A DNA stretch of 64,000 nt. Source: Octopus sinensis. Its lineage: Eukaryota. Location of the stretch: positions 44,950,001 to 45,014,000 of the forward strand of contig NC_043005.1 in NCBI RefSeq assembly GCF_006345805.1, read 5' to 3'. Positions 1 to 11,821 of the stretch are shown here, in pieces; the first letter of the stretch is position 1; every line of letters starts with the position of its first letter. A program made the position numbers and the translations under genes. The notes beneath the pieces were generated by a model. It ran no database searches. It was not told the DNA's origin and saw only the letters and a program-made list of their open reading frames with translations.

Positions 1-177
1 ACACATAAATAAGTGTGTGTGTACATATCTATATATATATATGTGTGTGTGTGTGTACATGTATATATACATGTATACATATATTTAAAAAATTTGAGAA
101 AAACACAACAAATAACATTGTACAAAAACATAACAAACAGAAATCTCGTAGCTACATCCAACAACATCCAAGAAATC

Positions 178-219
<42 letters not shown>

Positions 220-708
220 GTATTCATACACACAGAAACATATATTTATATTTTCACACACACACACACACACACACATACACACACACAAAATGATCAT
301 CCAATCTAGATAACACTAATATCACTATTAATCTCGCTTTTTCTTCCTTGGATTGAATATGAATTTGATTAAAGAAACTATGTATCCAGACTCTAATATA
401 TTTTGCTTAGGCACCAGATTGGAACCTGGTGTAGCCCTCCAGCTTATCAGCTTCAGTCAAACCATCTAACCCATGCCAGCATGGAATGTAGATGCTAAAT
501 GATGATGATATATATTTGTATATAATCTTCTGCTATACTGTAGAAGACTATATGACTATATATATTGTGACTAGATCAGGTAGATGGAGATGGATGGATG
601 CATGCATATATGTATGCTTCAATACATATATAGCCAGTGATGATATATATATATATATATAGTAATACCAGCGTTATAATTATTTTTATTTTATCAAATT
701 TGATTTGT

Positions 709-741
<33 letters not shown>

Positions 742-808
742 ATATATATATATAAACAAATCAAATTGCGATAAAATAAAAATAATTATATATATATATA
801 AAATAAAA

Positions 809-844
<36 letters not shown>

Positions 845-953
845 CAGTGGATATATATATGACAGGCTCTCCCATTGAAGATGACATAAGCATGTTCAGT
901 GAGAAGACAAGAATGTGTATGTGTGTGTATATATATATATATACATACACACA

Positions 954-2202
954 CAGGGTGTGAGGGGTATTTGAGGATAGTTTTGGTATATAATAAAAAC
1001 AATTATATTTCAGCATAAATAAATATGTATTTGAATAAACGTTTGTGCAATTAGTCTTGATAAGGATCTTTTAAGCAAATCATTCTATGGAACCACCTTC
1101 GACTTCGATGACTGCTTCAATGTGGAACCAAAACTGCTGGCATGCTGACTTTATATGGTCCTTATTCATTTCAGACATCATCTGGACAATGACAGCCTTC
1201 ACTGAAGCTACGGTACTATGAAGATGACAATTAGTCTCCCTTTCAACAGTGCTTCACACATAGTAGTCCATAGGGTTCAAATCTGTTGAGTTTGGAGGCC
1301 ACATATCGAGTGTTACATAATCATAAAGATTGTCTGACAACCATTCTTGGGTGACTAGGGCTTTGTAAGATGGTGCTGAGTCTTGTTGAAACACGTCTGG
1401 CCTTCCATTGTATACTTCATAAATCCAGGGCTTGATAACAGTTTCCAGTACCTTAATGTATTCAGCAGCATTAATTCTAAGTTGGGAGGCATCACATGAC
1501 CTTCACTACTCACCATTCCTAAAACCATCACATTTGCTGGAAATTTCATGTGCATCACTCTGGATATTTCCGAAGGGTCTGCACATAAGCACCTGCCATT
1601 TCTTCTGTTAGACTTTTGATGCTGCTCAAAGTTTTTTTTTTGTCAGAGAAAAATCAAAGCATGCCTCGTTGATGAGCTTTTTTTCACTTTGTTAAGTAAC
1701 CATTGTGAATGGGTGAGACATTCTTCCTGTATCTTTGCAGACATCTATTGGCGTTTCCTCATTACATTGAACTTGTATCGGATGTCACAGTTCTGATAGT
1801 CCACTCTGACATCCGAAGTTCTTTAGCAATGGACCTCTTTGATCTTCTGGTGTTTTCATTGGTAACGTTTTGAACATGTATAAATTCTGCTGTCTCTTTA
1901 GTGTCTGAGCTTTGTGAATGTTTTTTCCTCTTTGATACAGGTGAACCAGTACCATCACATGCCTCCAATTCCAACCAAACTTTGTGTACAAATGATCTTG
2001 CAGCATTTAGAAAGTTGCTAATTTCTAAATCATTGTGGTTTGCATGTAAAGCAACTATGACTGCTTGTCTTTACCCTTTCTTGAGTTAGCATGATATCTT
2101 GAAAGGGTTATCTGGAAAAAAAGAAAAAAGGATGATACAGTAAATAATTTGAAAGTGTAATGAACTAAAAATGAAATGTCCTCAAATACCACTCACACCC
2201 TG
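954..2202 (-). mobile_element. Full-length, inactivated Tc1/mariner-superfamily DD37D (maT) DNA transposon
   Basis: TIRs CAGGGTGTGAG(G/T)GGTATTTGAGGA at 954 and (reverse complement) ending at 2202, followed by TA. The minus strand encodes HTH-like RRSKRSIAKELRMSEWTIRTV, then FSD, KFPANVMVLGMVSSEGHVMPP and QQDSAPSYKA...WPPNSTDLNPMDYY with 37 residues between the last two Asp. Stops and frameshifts present. Confidence 0.9.
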
Positions 2203-2663
2203 TACATGATATGTGGCTTGTGCCTGCTGAATATGTTTGAGGTAGTTCTCAGTATATGAAACTATAAGTAGCACATAAAAACATGTATTGTGTCTATTAA
2301 ACAATATTTATTTCTCACCAGGTAGAGTAGTCTCTTTTGTTGATCTTACCATCACAGAACATTACATTATATATATATATATTATGATGGATTATTTACA
2401 CAGCACATTTAAGATTAAATTTGCAAAGGTACAAGACCAAATACTTAAACAGTGTAGCTGAGGACTATTTTAATCACCAGGTCAAATTTCATATTGATAT
2501 TAAATATAGATGTGTTCAGTAAACATATAACTTTAATTATGTTCAAATTTTAATTTGAAGTATGTTGTTGGTGCCACTATTTAATTAATTGCATGTAGCC
2601 TGACCAACCAACTCATCACCTACAAATCTGGCAAATACACAAATGAAATTGATTAATTCTTAC

Positions 2664-2723
2664 CAGGAAACGGGATGGAAGAGCAGAAAGGTTACAGGGT
2701 TACTGTGAGTACCAAAACCTTTC
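2664..2723 (-). other. Candidate 60-nt coding exon (KGFGTHSNPVTFLLFHPVS), unverified
   Basis: Acceptor tgcattcctcaccAG, donor GTAAGA, one open frame, length a multiple of 3. The peptide loosely resembles a WD40 strand but no family is recognised. Confidence 0.25.
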
Positions 2724-2806
2724 CTGGTGAGGAATGCACTACATAATAACAACAGCTTAGTGGCTAGTCACCTCTGTATCAGAGCTAGGCAGACACAGAA
2801 AAGTAG

Positions 2807-2842
2807 AAATGATGATGATGATGATTATGATGTTGATGGTGG

Positions 2843-2877
<35 letters not shown>

Positions 2878-2896
2878 ATGATGATGATGGTGGTGG

Positions 2897-2931
<35 letters not shown>

Positions 2932-3015
2932 GCGGTGGTGGTGGTGGTGGTGGTGGTGGTGGCGGCGGTTGGTGGTGGTGGTAGTGGTGGTGGTGATGAT
3001 GATGATGATGATGAT
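2807..3015. repeat. Compound (GAT)n/(GGT)n microsatellite
   Basis: Read directly; explains the poly-D/M/G ORFs. Confidence 0.95.
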
Positions 3016-3514
3016 GTATTACAACATTCCGTCAGTTGCTGCCGTAAAGTAAGTGAATTCTGATGAAACCAAAATTAGTGGATCCAATGTTCCTCCCTGA
3101 TTGCTGAGATCCCCTGTTTAAAATGTCTTGTTTTGCAAATTGCTTGGTGACCTCAGTGGTGCTGGTGCCACATGAAAAGACATGGAGGATGTGGAATACC
3201 AATGCATCCTGTGTGTCACAAACACATAGTTGTCATATAGGAGAAGCTATTTTCCAGTCATGTACACAACAGCAATTAACTTATTTGCATGTATTTGAAT
3301 CTGTTGGAATGTTGTAGGAATAAATATGCAGTCATTGTTTCCGATTTTTCTGTTCACTATGCAAATTATGAGTTATTAGTTCTTTTAACATATTCCCCAA
3401 AATATCCAGCACAGTCATACTTGGTAATCAAAGTGACTTTCGTGTCCATCAATATATGTATTTATGTAAATAGATATGGCACTCCATTACTTACAATGAC
3501 GATTGTTCCAGCTG

Positions 3515-3800
3515 ACCTAATCAACAAAACAGCCTGCTCATGAAATTAACATGCAAGTGGCTGTGCATTCCACAGACACGTGTACTCTTACTGTAGTCCT
3601 CAGGGAGATTCAGTGAGACATGGAATGTGACGAGGCTGGCCCTTTAAAATACAGGTACTACTCACTTTTGCCAACTGAGTGAACTGGAGCAATGGGAAAT
3701 AAAGTGTTTCGCTCAAGGACACAACAAGCCACTGGGAATTGAACTCACGACTTTATGATCATGGGCTGAACACCATAACCACTAAGCCACATGCCTTCAT
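3515..3800 (-). mobile_element. tRNA-derived SINE, family C
   Basis: The reverse complement begins TGAAGGCATGTGGCTTAGTGGTT with a B-box-like GAGTTCAATTCC; head and body match the copies at 21077, 30147, 49822 and 53727. Confidence 0.8.
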
Positions 3801-3946
3801 TTATGTAGATATATCTATTAATCAACACCAGGCTGACTTCGGTTACTGAAAATGATTGTGCTGTGTAGATATTCCTAAAAAGGATTATGTTAGCAGAGTT
3901 AAGAAATGGGAATAATGAATTCAAGATTAAACTAATGTTATTTTTG

Positions 3947-4065
3947 AGATGAGGAATTCTGTACATTATTTACATTATTTACATTGGACAGATATGTGTC
4001 CTCATCTTCTTTGTTGTTACTACAATGTTTCAGCTGATTTACTCACCAGCTTTCATCAGATATCC
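3947..4065 (-). ncRNA. Short repeat module carrying a minimal type-I hammerhead-like motif (core 4020-4065)
   Basis: Minus strand reads ggatat CTGATGA a AGCTG gtgagtaaat CAGCT GAAAC attgtagt, then the tail aatgtaaataatgtaaataatgta. Homologous to 5375-5523. Confidence 0.7.
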
Positions 4066-4133
4066 AGGTAGTGTACTGGTTAAGAGTGCAGGCTAGTAAC
4101 CCCAAGATTGAATAAATAATAATAATAATGATA

Positions 4134-4202
<69 letters not shown>

Positions 4203-4212
4203 ATAATAATAA

Positions 4213-5285
4213 TGACAAAAAGTGACACAGACAGATTGTTTGTACCAAGAAAAAAAGGGGAAAAAGGACTTATTGGATGCGAACACAGCATTAGAACAGA
4301 AGAAAACAACATAGCATCGTATGTAAAAAATACCACAGAACTGCTATTATTAGAAGTAAGAAGGTCAGGCTTGTGTAGGATGAAAGATTGCAAAGATAAA
4401 GCCTTATACAACAAATTGAAAACAAATGAAACTGAAAATAGGTGGATAAAGAAAAGAATACATGGTCAATTTCATAGAGATGTTGAAGATAAGACAGACA
4501 GAGAAAGATCGCTATGGATGACTAAAAGTGATTTAAAACCGAAAATGGATACTCTAATCTGTGCTGCCCAAGAGCAAGCACTAAGAACAAACTACATAAA
4601 ATACAGAATAGACAACACAGTAGAAAGTGATAAATGCAGAATCTGTGGACAAAATGGTGAAATGGTATGGCATATTACCAGCCATTGTATGCCACTAGCC
4701 CAGAAGGAATATAAGAGATGCCATGACAATATAGCCAGGGTTGTCCATTGGACACTTTTCAACAAGCATGGACTTGACAGAGCAAAAAATTGGTATGACC
4801 ACAAACCTGAAGGCATCTTTGAAAATAGAAATGCAAAGATCCTATGGGATTTCTTGATTCAGTGCAACCATGAGATAGAGAATAGGAAGCCGGACATAGT
4901 CTTAATTGAAAAAGAAAACAAACTATGCTGGATCATAGATATAGCATGCCCAGCTGACAACCAGGTATGTGATAAGAAAGAAAGAAAAGTCGAGAGATAT
5001 GACAGGTTAGCTTGGAAAGTTAAGCAGTTGTGGTCGATGAAAAAGATAGCAGTAGTACCAATAATTGTCGGAGCCCTGGAAACAGTGAGCAAAAATCTTG
5101 AGAAGTACGTGGATCAAATAGGAGCTGCAATAAGGAAGCAGCACTTGCAGAAAACAGCACTGCTTGGAACCGCTTGAATACTCCGGAAGGTGCTCAAAAA
5201 ATAAGAGGTGTTACCTTAGTTCACTGGTAGTGAACAGCTGACACTGTAGTACATCTTCAGTGTTAGAAGCCGTGCAAAGGCAATG
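4213..5285 (+). mobile_element. 5'-truncated R4/Dong-clade non-LTR retrotransposon (CCHC finger + restriction-like endonuclease + 3' UTR)
   Basis: ORF contains DRLFVPRKKGEKGL, CRICGQNGEMVWHITSHC, HDNIARVVHW and KILWDF...RKPDIVLIEKENKLCWIIDIACPAD (PD..D RLE core). A premature TGA at 5175-5177 precedes ILRKVL. Flanked on both sides by (TAA)n. Confidence 0.9.
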
Positions 5286-5311
5286 ATAATAATAATAATA
5301 ATGATAATAAA

Positions 5312-5355
<44 letters not shown>

Positions 5356-5374
5356 TGATGATAATAATAATGAC

Positions 5375-5523
5375 ACCAACAAAAATATACCTTAGGATTG
5401 AGAACCCAGGGTTGGGTTCAAAATTCTACCAGGACACCTAATGAAGGCTGGAGAGTAAATCAGCCGAAACGTGGTGACAACAAATAAGATAAGGACACAT
5501 ATCAATCCAATGAAAATAATGTA
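5375..5523 (+). ncRNA. Second copy of the hammerhead-bearing module (core 5433-5478, degenerate)
   Basis: gacac CTAATGA a GGCTG gagagtaaat CAGCC GAAAC gtg gtgac. Core G5 is mutated to A and the cleavage base to G. Same tail as the 3947-4065 copy. Confidence 0.65.
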
Positions 5524-5775
5524 AAGATTAAACTGATGTTATTTTTGTCTTCATCATGTTGTATACAATATAGTATACTGTATACAATGTTGTATGGTTG
5601 ACAGACACAGGCTTCAAATGCAGAGGACTCGAGAAGATTGATATGAAATGAAGCGAGCAATACTCTGTTGGATGTGCAAGGTAAGTATGCAGAATTAGCA
5701 TAAAGATGGTTAGTGAAAAATTGGGCTGGAATACAATTTTTTCATTGATCTTACCTTAATGGAAAATTAAACTAC

Positions 5776-5817
<42 letters not shown>

Positions 5818-5820
<3 letters not shown>

Positions 5821-6064
5821 TGCAGGTGTGACAGTTTGGTAAGAAGTTTGCTTCCCAGTCACATGGTTCTGGGTTCAGTTCCACTGCATGGCACCTTGAC
5901 CAAGTATCTGGGCTGATCAAAATCTTGTGAGTGGATTTGATAGACAGAAATTGAAAGAAGCCTGTTGTGTGTACCATCATCATCATCATCATCAACATCT
6001 GTTGTCCATGCTGGCATCGTTTCAATGGCCAGATGCCCTTCAGAATGCCAACCTCACCACTAAC

Positions 6065-6111
<47 letters not shown>

Positions 6112-6320
6112 ATATATATAATATATATATATCTTTTATTCTTTTATTTCTTTCAGTCATTTGATTGTGGCCATGCTGGAGCACTACCCGGAGTCAAACA
6201 AATCAACCCCAGGACTAATTCTTTGTAAGCCTAGTACTTATACTATCGATCACTTTTGTCGAACTGCTAAGTTATAGGTACGTAAACGCACTGACATCGG
6301 TTGTCAAGTGATGGTAGTAT
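5818..6320. mobile_element. Cluster of SINE-A fragments (5818-5972 plus; 6133-6320 minus) with an RTE-type 3' fragment and (AT)n between
   Basis: Matches head and tail of the family-A copies at 26905, 39641 and 45735. Confidence 0.75.
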
Positions 6321-6592
6321 TTCCACTGACAGCTTTTCAGTGTGTTCAAAAATCACATAAGCCCCCACCTCGAATTTTCCAAGACAGCTTAGGGCCTGAA
6401 ATACTCCTAGCAAATGCATGTTGGTTAGTCAAATTAGCCTAGCATTTACTCCACAAATGTTTTGTTGTCAATGCTGCACTTTCCCATATCACCTGTTTCA
6501 ACATAACTGTAATATATTATATATGAACTATGCCATTTTAATTCTGAGCAATGCCAGGTATCTCTGCTAGTATGCATATATAGATATATTAT

Positions 6593-6774
6593 CACACTCA
6601 CCGGTAAAATTTCCGCTTATTTCTTATTTTTTTAATTTTCTTAAAATTTTCGTTGCGTCTTGCAACCTTTACAATAGTCTTCAGTCAAGACTATTGAAAA
6701 GGTTGCAAGACACAACGAAAATTTTTGGAAAATAAAAAAATAAGAAATAAGTGGAAATTTTACTGGTGAGTGTG
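6593..6774. repeat. 182-bp imperfect palindrome of an interspersed repeat (element continues to ~6890)
   Basis: Arms 6593-6681 and 6687-6774 are reverse complements around the loop CAGTC. The right arm plus downstream sequence recurs once, unpaired, at ~18600-18805. Confidence 0.85.
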
Positions 6775-7146
6775 TTACATTATAAGGCACAAAAAGAAAA
6801 TGACTCTCACCAGACAAAATAGAATATGCTTCAACGCACGAACTCATATAAAGAATCTTGCAAACCAAATCCAAAAACGAGATATATTATCAGTTGCACA
6901 TATAGGGTGTATGTGCTTTGTTTATACACCTATTTGCTGCAGAATAACATCCTGTGGAAGCTCACTACATGACACCAAGTGTTAGAGAGCCCTGAGTGTT
7001 CCTGATAAGGCAATACAACTGGCATTGAGATGATCAATCATCTCGACACTATACCACAGCAAACAGGCACATATGCAAAACACACACTATGTCTATGCAA
7101 CTGATAATTCTTAGATTATTAGAGCAGCTTTTAATTTGCAATTTAA

Positions 7147-7199
<53 letters not shown>

Positions 7200-7453
7200 A
7201 AGAGAGAGAGAGAGAGACTGTGATAGATATAAATGAATGTCACCATCATGCAAGCAGTATCCTTATTCTCATGGGGAATATTACCTGGTTTAGAAACAGG
7301 TGAGGGTTGGCGATAGGGAGGGCATCAAATTGTAGAAAATTCACCTCAAGAAACTCCGTCTGTTCTATGCATGCATGGAAAATTGGACATTAAATGATAA
7401 TGATACATGCATATATATATATGTATATATATACATACACATACACGCACGCA

Positions 7454-7490
<37 letters not shown>

Positions 7491-7589
7491 AAATACAATA
7501 CATATGTGTATGTGTATATATATATATACTCCGGTATGCGGAATTCTTGACTGGTAGCACTGTCATGTGCAAGTTGTTTGCAAAACATC

Positions 7590-7624
<35 letters not shown>

Positions 7625-7831
7625 TATATGTACGTATGTATATATATATATACACATATGTATTGTATTTATACATATATATATATATATGAATGTATGT
7701 GTGTGTGTGTATGTATATATACACACACACAATCAGACATATTGATGTGTGTGTGTTTTTTGTGTTGGTGTGTATACATGTATTTATATATGTATGTATG
7801 TGTTTTGTGTTTGTATATATGTATGCATGTG

Positions 7832-7865
<34 letters not shown>

Positions 7866-9879
7866 TGTATGTACATATGTATGTAGGTAGGTAGGTAAGT
7901 ATGTTTGTATGTATGTATATATATATATATAAATATGTTTATTATATAAATATAAGTGAATGCATATAAGCATATAAAAATATTATATATATATATATAA
8001 CCCTTACATTTAAAGATAAAGAAATTGATAGTAAAATAGCAACTTCTTTGATAACAATAGTTACCTTTATATATTAGTTCATTGTATCTAAATACAGCAA
8101 GAAATATATAGTGAAGGTGATGATAAGTCTACCACGGAAAAATACTTTCTCTTGATAAAATCAAGATTCCCTGTCTTCATATATATAATACATAAAGATG
8201 ACAATCCAGATAGGAAAATACAGTTTTTACTTCATGTAGCTTACATTAAGATTACAATCTAAAATAAGTGATCTTAGGAAAAAGAAAAAATAAAGCTTCT
8301 TTGAAATCTAGAATAATTAAAAATCAAAATATTATTTTAAAATATTTTTATTTTAATTTTGAAAATTTTGAGAACATTTATTTAATAATATGTTTACAAT
8401 TCATTTTTTCTTTTTTATCTTGAAGAAGTTCAATTCCTGTTTTCAGTTTAGCAATTCTTCAAAAATTTGTTTTCAGTTTAAAAATTTAGTATTTTTAATG
8501 TATGGAGAGAGAAGTAAAATTGTATAAAATTATTTAAGTAACTTCTCTGAAAATAAATATTTATGATATTCTTAAAATTCAGAAGATTTTAATTAGGTGA
8601 TTTTTCTACATAGTTTTCCCACAGTGAGGAAGGTTTTCTTATATTTTTGATTTTGTTAAATATTTCAGCTGGGACCCTTTAAATGTTATGTATATTTGGC
8701 AGAAGTCAACATTAATTCATAAAAAATGCTTAGAAACTCTTCATTAATTCTTGATATTTGCTGAATTACTGCTTCCAAACCCTTCATTTGTCTGCTACAG
8801 AATTACTACTTACAACTCTTCATTTGTCTGCTGCTACTTTTGAAAGTTTTCAATCATTATTGCTTACTAGAAGAAGGTTTACAGTAAAATCTAGTTTTTA
8901 GCTAGAAACAATAAAATGAACAGCATTTTGACTTTAAATTAATATTCTCCACACAACATTATTCACTAGTATGGCAAGTTTATAGCTAATTCTTTGAATC
9001 ATCATCATCATCATTCTCAACATCATCATCATCATCATCATCACCATCATCATTACTGATGTCATCATCATCATCATCATTATTTTCTTTTAGCCATTTG
9101 AGGGACCTTAATTGAAATGATTCTACTTTTAAGGAATGGCTCTTGACAGAACTTAATTTAGAAGATTATAAAATTTATTAGCTGGTGGGGCTTGTTAGAG
9201 CGGATGGGATAAAAGTACTTCTTATCACACCACAACTATTAAAGTAGCTTATCAAAGCCTCCTTTCAACAAGACTTGTTTGATTAACTCTACTTTTAATA
9301 CACGATGAATATATGTTTAGATTCCAAACACATCTATGAAAATCTTTGAAAGATATTATTACAAAACAGTTAAAATGAAAACGATTTAAACTAGCTAAAA
9401 ATGTAGGTGATGTTAAGAATCAAATATTTGTGTTTTAGTATATAGTTTTCTGCATGAGTGTGAATGTGTGTATGTGTGTGTGTGTGTAAATGTGTGTATG
9501 TGTAAGTGCATGTGTGTGTTATGTGTATAAGACTATGTGTATGTTTAATTTATCTGCAAAACAAGGGCACAAAAAGTAAAAAATGTTAAAAAAAATTTGA
9601 CAAATTTTATTCAAATTAGCACTCCCAGAAATTGTCTTGTTGAATAACAATAACAACAATAACAATAACAACAGCAACAATAACAATAACAACAAATACA
9701 ACAACATCGATATTAATGATTTCTGATGTAAGTACAATACCAGCAATTTTAAGAGAAAGGGCTTCATTGATTATATTAACACCATTACACATCTGGAACT
9801 TAATTTTATCAACCTCGTAAGGATGAAAGGTAAAGTCAACCCTGGTAGGATTTGAACTCAAAATGTAAACAGTTGAAAG

Positions 9880-10556
9880 AAACACTTTAGCAGTTAAACC
9901 AGCTATATCTGGCCCAAATATCCTCCCTATATTATGTTCTAACCAGTCAGATCCAGCCTATCACACTTACCCTTCATTGCCATTATAAAATATACAGTCA
10001 CATCATCAAAATTTCAAAGCTACAAAATAATCTTTTCTACTCTAGGCACAAAGCCCAAAATTTTAGGGGATGGGAAGGGGGTGGGTAGTAGATTAGATCA
10101 ACCCCAGAATGCAGCTGGTACTTAATTTATCGTCCCCAAAAGGATTAAAGGCAAAGTTGGCCTCGGCAGAATTCGAACTCAGAGTGTAAAGACAGATGAA
10201 ATACTGCTATGCCTGTCACCTGGCGTACAAACGTTTCTTATTTCTTTATTGCCCACAAGGGGCTAAACATAGAGGGGACAAACAAGGACAGACAAAGGGA
10301 TTAAGTAAATTACATTGACCCCAGTGTGTAACTGGTACTTATTTAATTGACCCTGAAAAAATATTAAGGCGAAGTCGACCTCGGCGGAATTTGAACTCAG
10401 AACGTAGCAGCAGACGAAATGCTGCTAAGCATTTCTACCGGCGTGCTAATGTTTCTGCCAGATCACCACCTTAAAGCTACAAAATAATGCATGATTAATT
10501 AGAAACAATGAAAAACCATTACATTTGACAGTATAATCTGAATACAAAAGGGCTAA
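9880..10556. mobile_element. piggyBac-type (TTAA) MITE, copy 1, interrupted by a SINE dimer
   Basis: Homologous to 42781-44269 and 45042-45617; ends ...ctgaatacaaaagggctaa. Confidence 0.7.
10032..10472 (-). mobile_element. Head-to-tail dimeric SINE, family B, with 16-bp TSD
   Basis: AAAGCTACAAAATAAT at 10016-10031 and 10473-10488. Two units share the GTTCTGAGTT(C)AATTC(C/T)GCCGAGG...CTT(T/C)GCCTTT core. Confidence 0.85.
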
Positions 10557-10769
10557 GACATATTTTCTAAAGCTCCAACAATTCTGCTAGCTTGCTGCAC
10601 TTTCAATAATAGTTTCTGATTTAGGCACAAGGTTAGCAATTTTGAGAGAGGATCTAACTGGTACCATCCTTCCCTGTTCTTGACTAGTACTTTAATTTTA
10701 CCTACCCCCAAATAAATGTAAAGAAAAATTGACCTCGGTGAGATTTGAAATCAAAAATTTCTCAACCAC

Positions 10770-10959
10770 ATAATTCCAGATTCAGCCCCACTGCATGACA
10801 CCTTGGGCAAGTATCTTCTATTATGACCTCAGGCCAACCAAAGCCTTGTAAGTGGATTTGGTTGTAGGAAACTGAAAGAAGTTTGTTGTAAAATATATAT
10901 ATATATACAAATAACATATCCTTTAGCCGGTTACTATAACCGCTTACTCTGTTTACATT

Positions 10960-10996
<37 letters not shown>

Positions 10997-11225
10997 ATTT
11001 ATGTGTGTGTCTTTGTGTCTGTGTTTGTCTCCCCATTGCTGACTGACAATTGGTTTTGGTTTGTTTATGTTCCTGCAACTCAATGGTTTAGCAAAAATTA
11101 CCAATATAATAAGTACTAAGCTTAAAAAAAAGTCCTGGAGTCAATTTGTTTAGCTAAAACACTTCAATGTGTTGCTCCAGCATGGCCACAATCAAAATAA
11201 CTGAAACAGATAAAAAAGAATAAAT
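10770..11225 (+). mobile_element. SINE family A, diverged, internal (AT)/(GT) microsatellite
   Basis: GCACCTTGGGCAAGT...CCAAAGCCTTG...GGAAACTGAAAGAAG and tail CTCCAGCATGGCCAC...CTGAAAC. Confidence 0.8.
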
Positions 11226-11339
11226 AACAAATGGTATTTTCCCTGACAATCTAACAATTCTGCTAACTCACAATTCTACTCTAATGGTTTCTAATTTAAG
11301 CATGAAGCCTGTAATTTTGAAAGGAAGGATTTCTAATAT

Positions 11340-11374
<35 letters not shown>

Positions 11375-11406
11375 ATGATAATAATGATAATAATAATAAT
11401 AATAAT

Positions 11407-11620
11407 TATATCCCTTCTACTATAGGCACAAGGCCTGAAATTTGGGGATGGGGACTAGTCGAATAAATCAACCCCAGTGTCTCACTGGTACTTAATTTAT
11501 TGACCCCTGAAGGATGAAAGGCAAAGTCGACCTTGGTAGAATTTGAACTTAGAATTTAAAAGCAAATGAAATGCTGCTAAGCATTTCGCCTGGCATGGTA
11601 ACAATTCTGATCTCTGCTTT
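11407..11620 (-). mobile_element. SINE family B
   Basis: GAAAGGATGAAAGGCAAAGTCGACC-like core shared with more than 10 copies (e.g. 9770, 18890, 19290, 26760, 29930, 33130, 47385, 62340). Confidence 0.8.
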
Positions 11621-11781
11621 AATAGTAATGATAATAATAATTCACTAAGCAAAAGTACTGCTTTCTCTGCATGAGATTTTTCCATGCTATTTCTTTAAGT
11701 GATGGTTGGCTAGTGGCATGAAAAGGGACGGTTTTGTTAGGTTTAGTAATGTTAAGTATTATCAGAAAGTCAGTTGCTTAC

Positions 11782-11821
11782 AGTAGTGTAACTGGCATAT
11801 ATAAAACAGAATTTATTCTGC
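11782..11821 (-). other. Candidate 40-nt exon (RINSVLYMPVTL or QNKFCFIYASYTT), unverified
   Basis: Acceptor attatctttctcAG, donor GTAAGC, two open frames. Confidence 0.2.

Noticed and set aside
6995-7050. CTGATAA...GAGATGAT/ATCATCTC hairpin...GACAC as a further hammerhead
   Set aside because: The core is non-canonical, GAAA is absent and stem spacing does not fit; only the 8-bp hairpin is solid.
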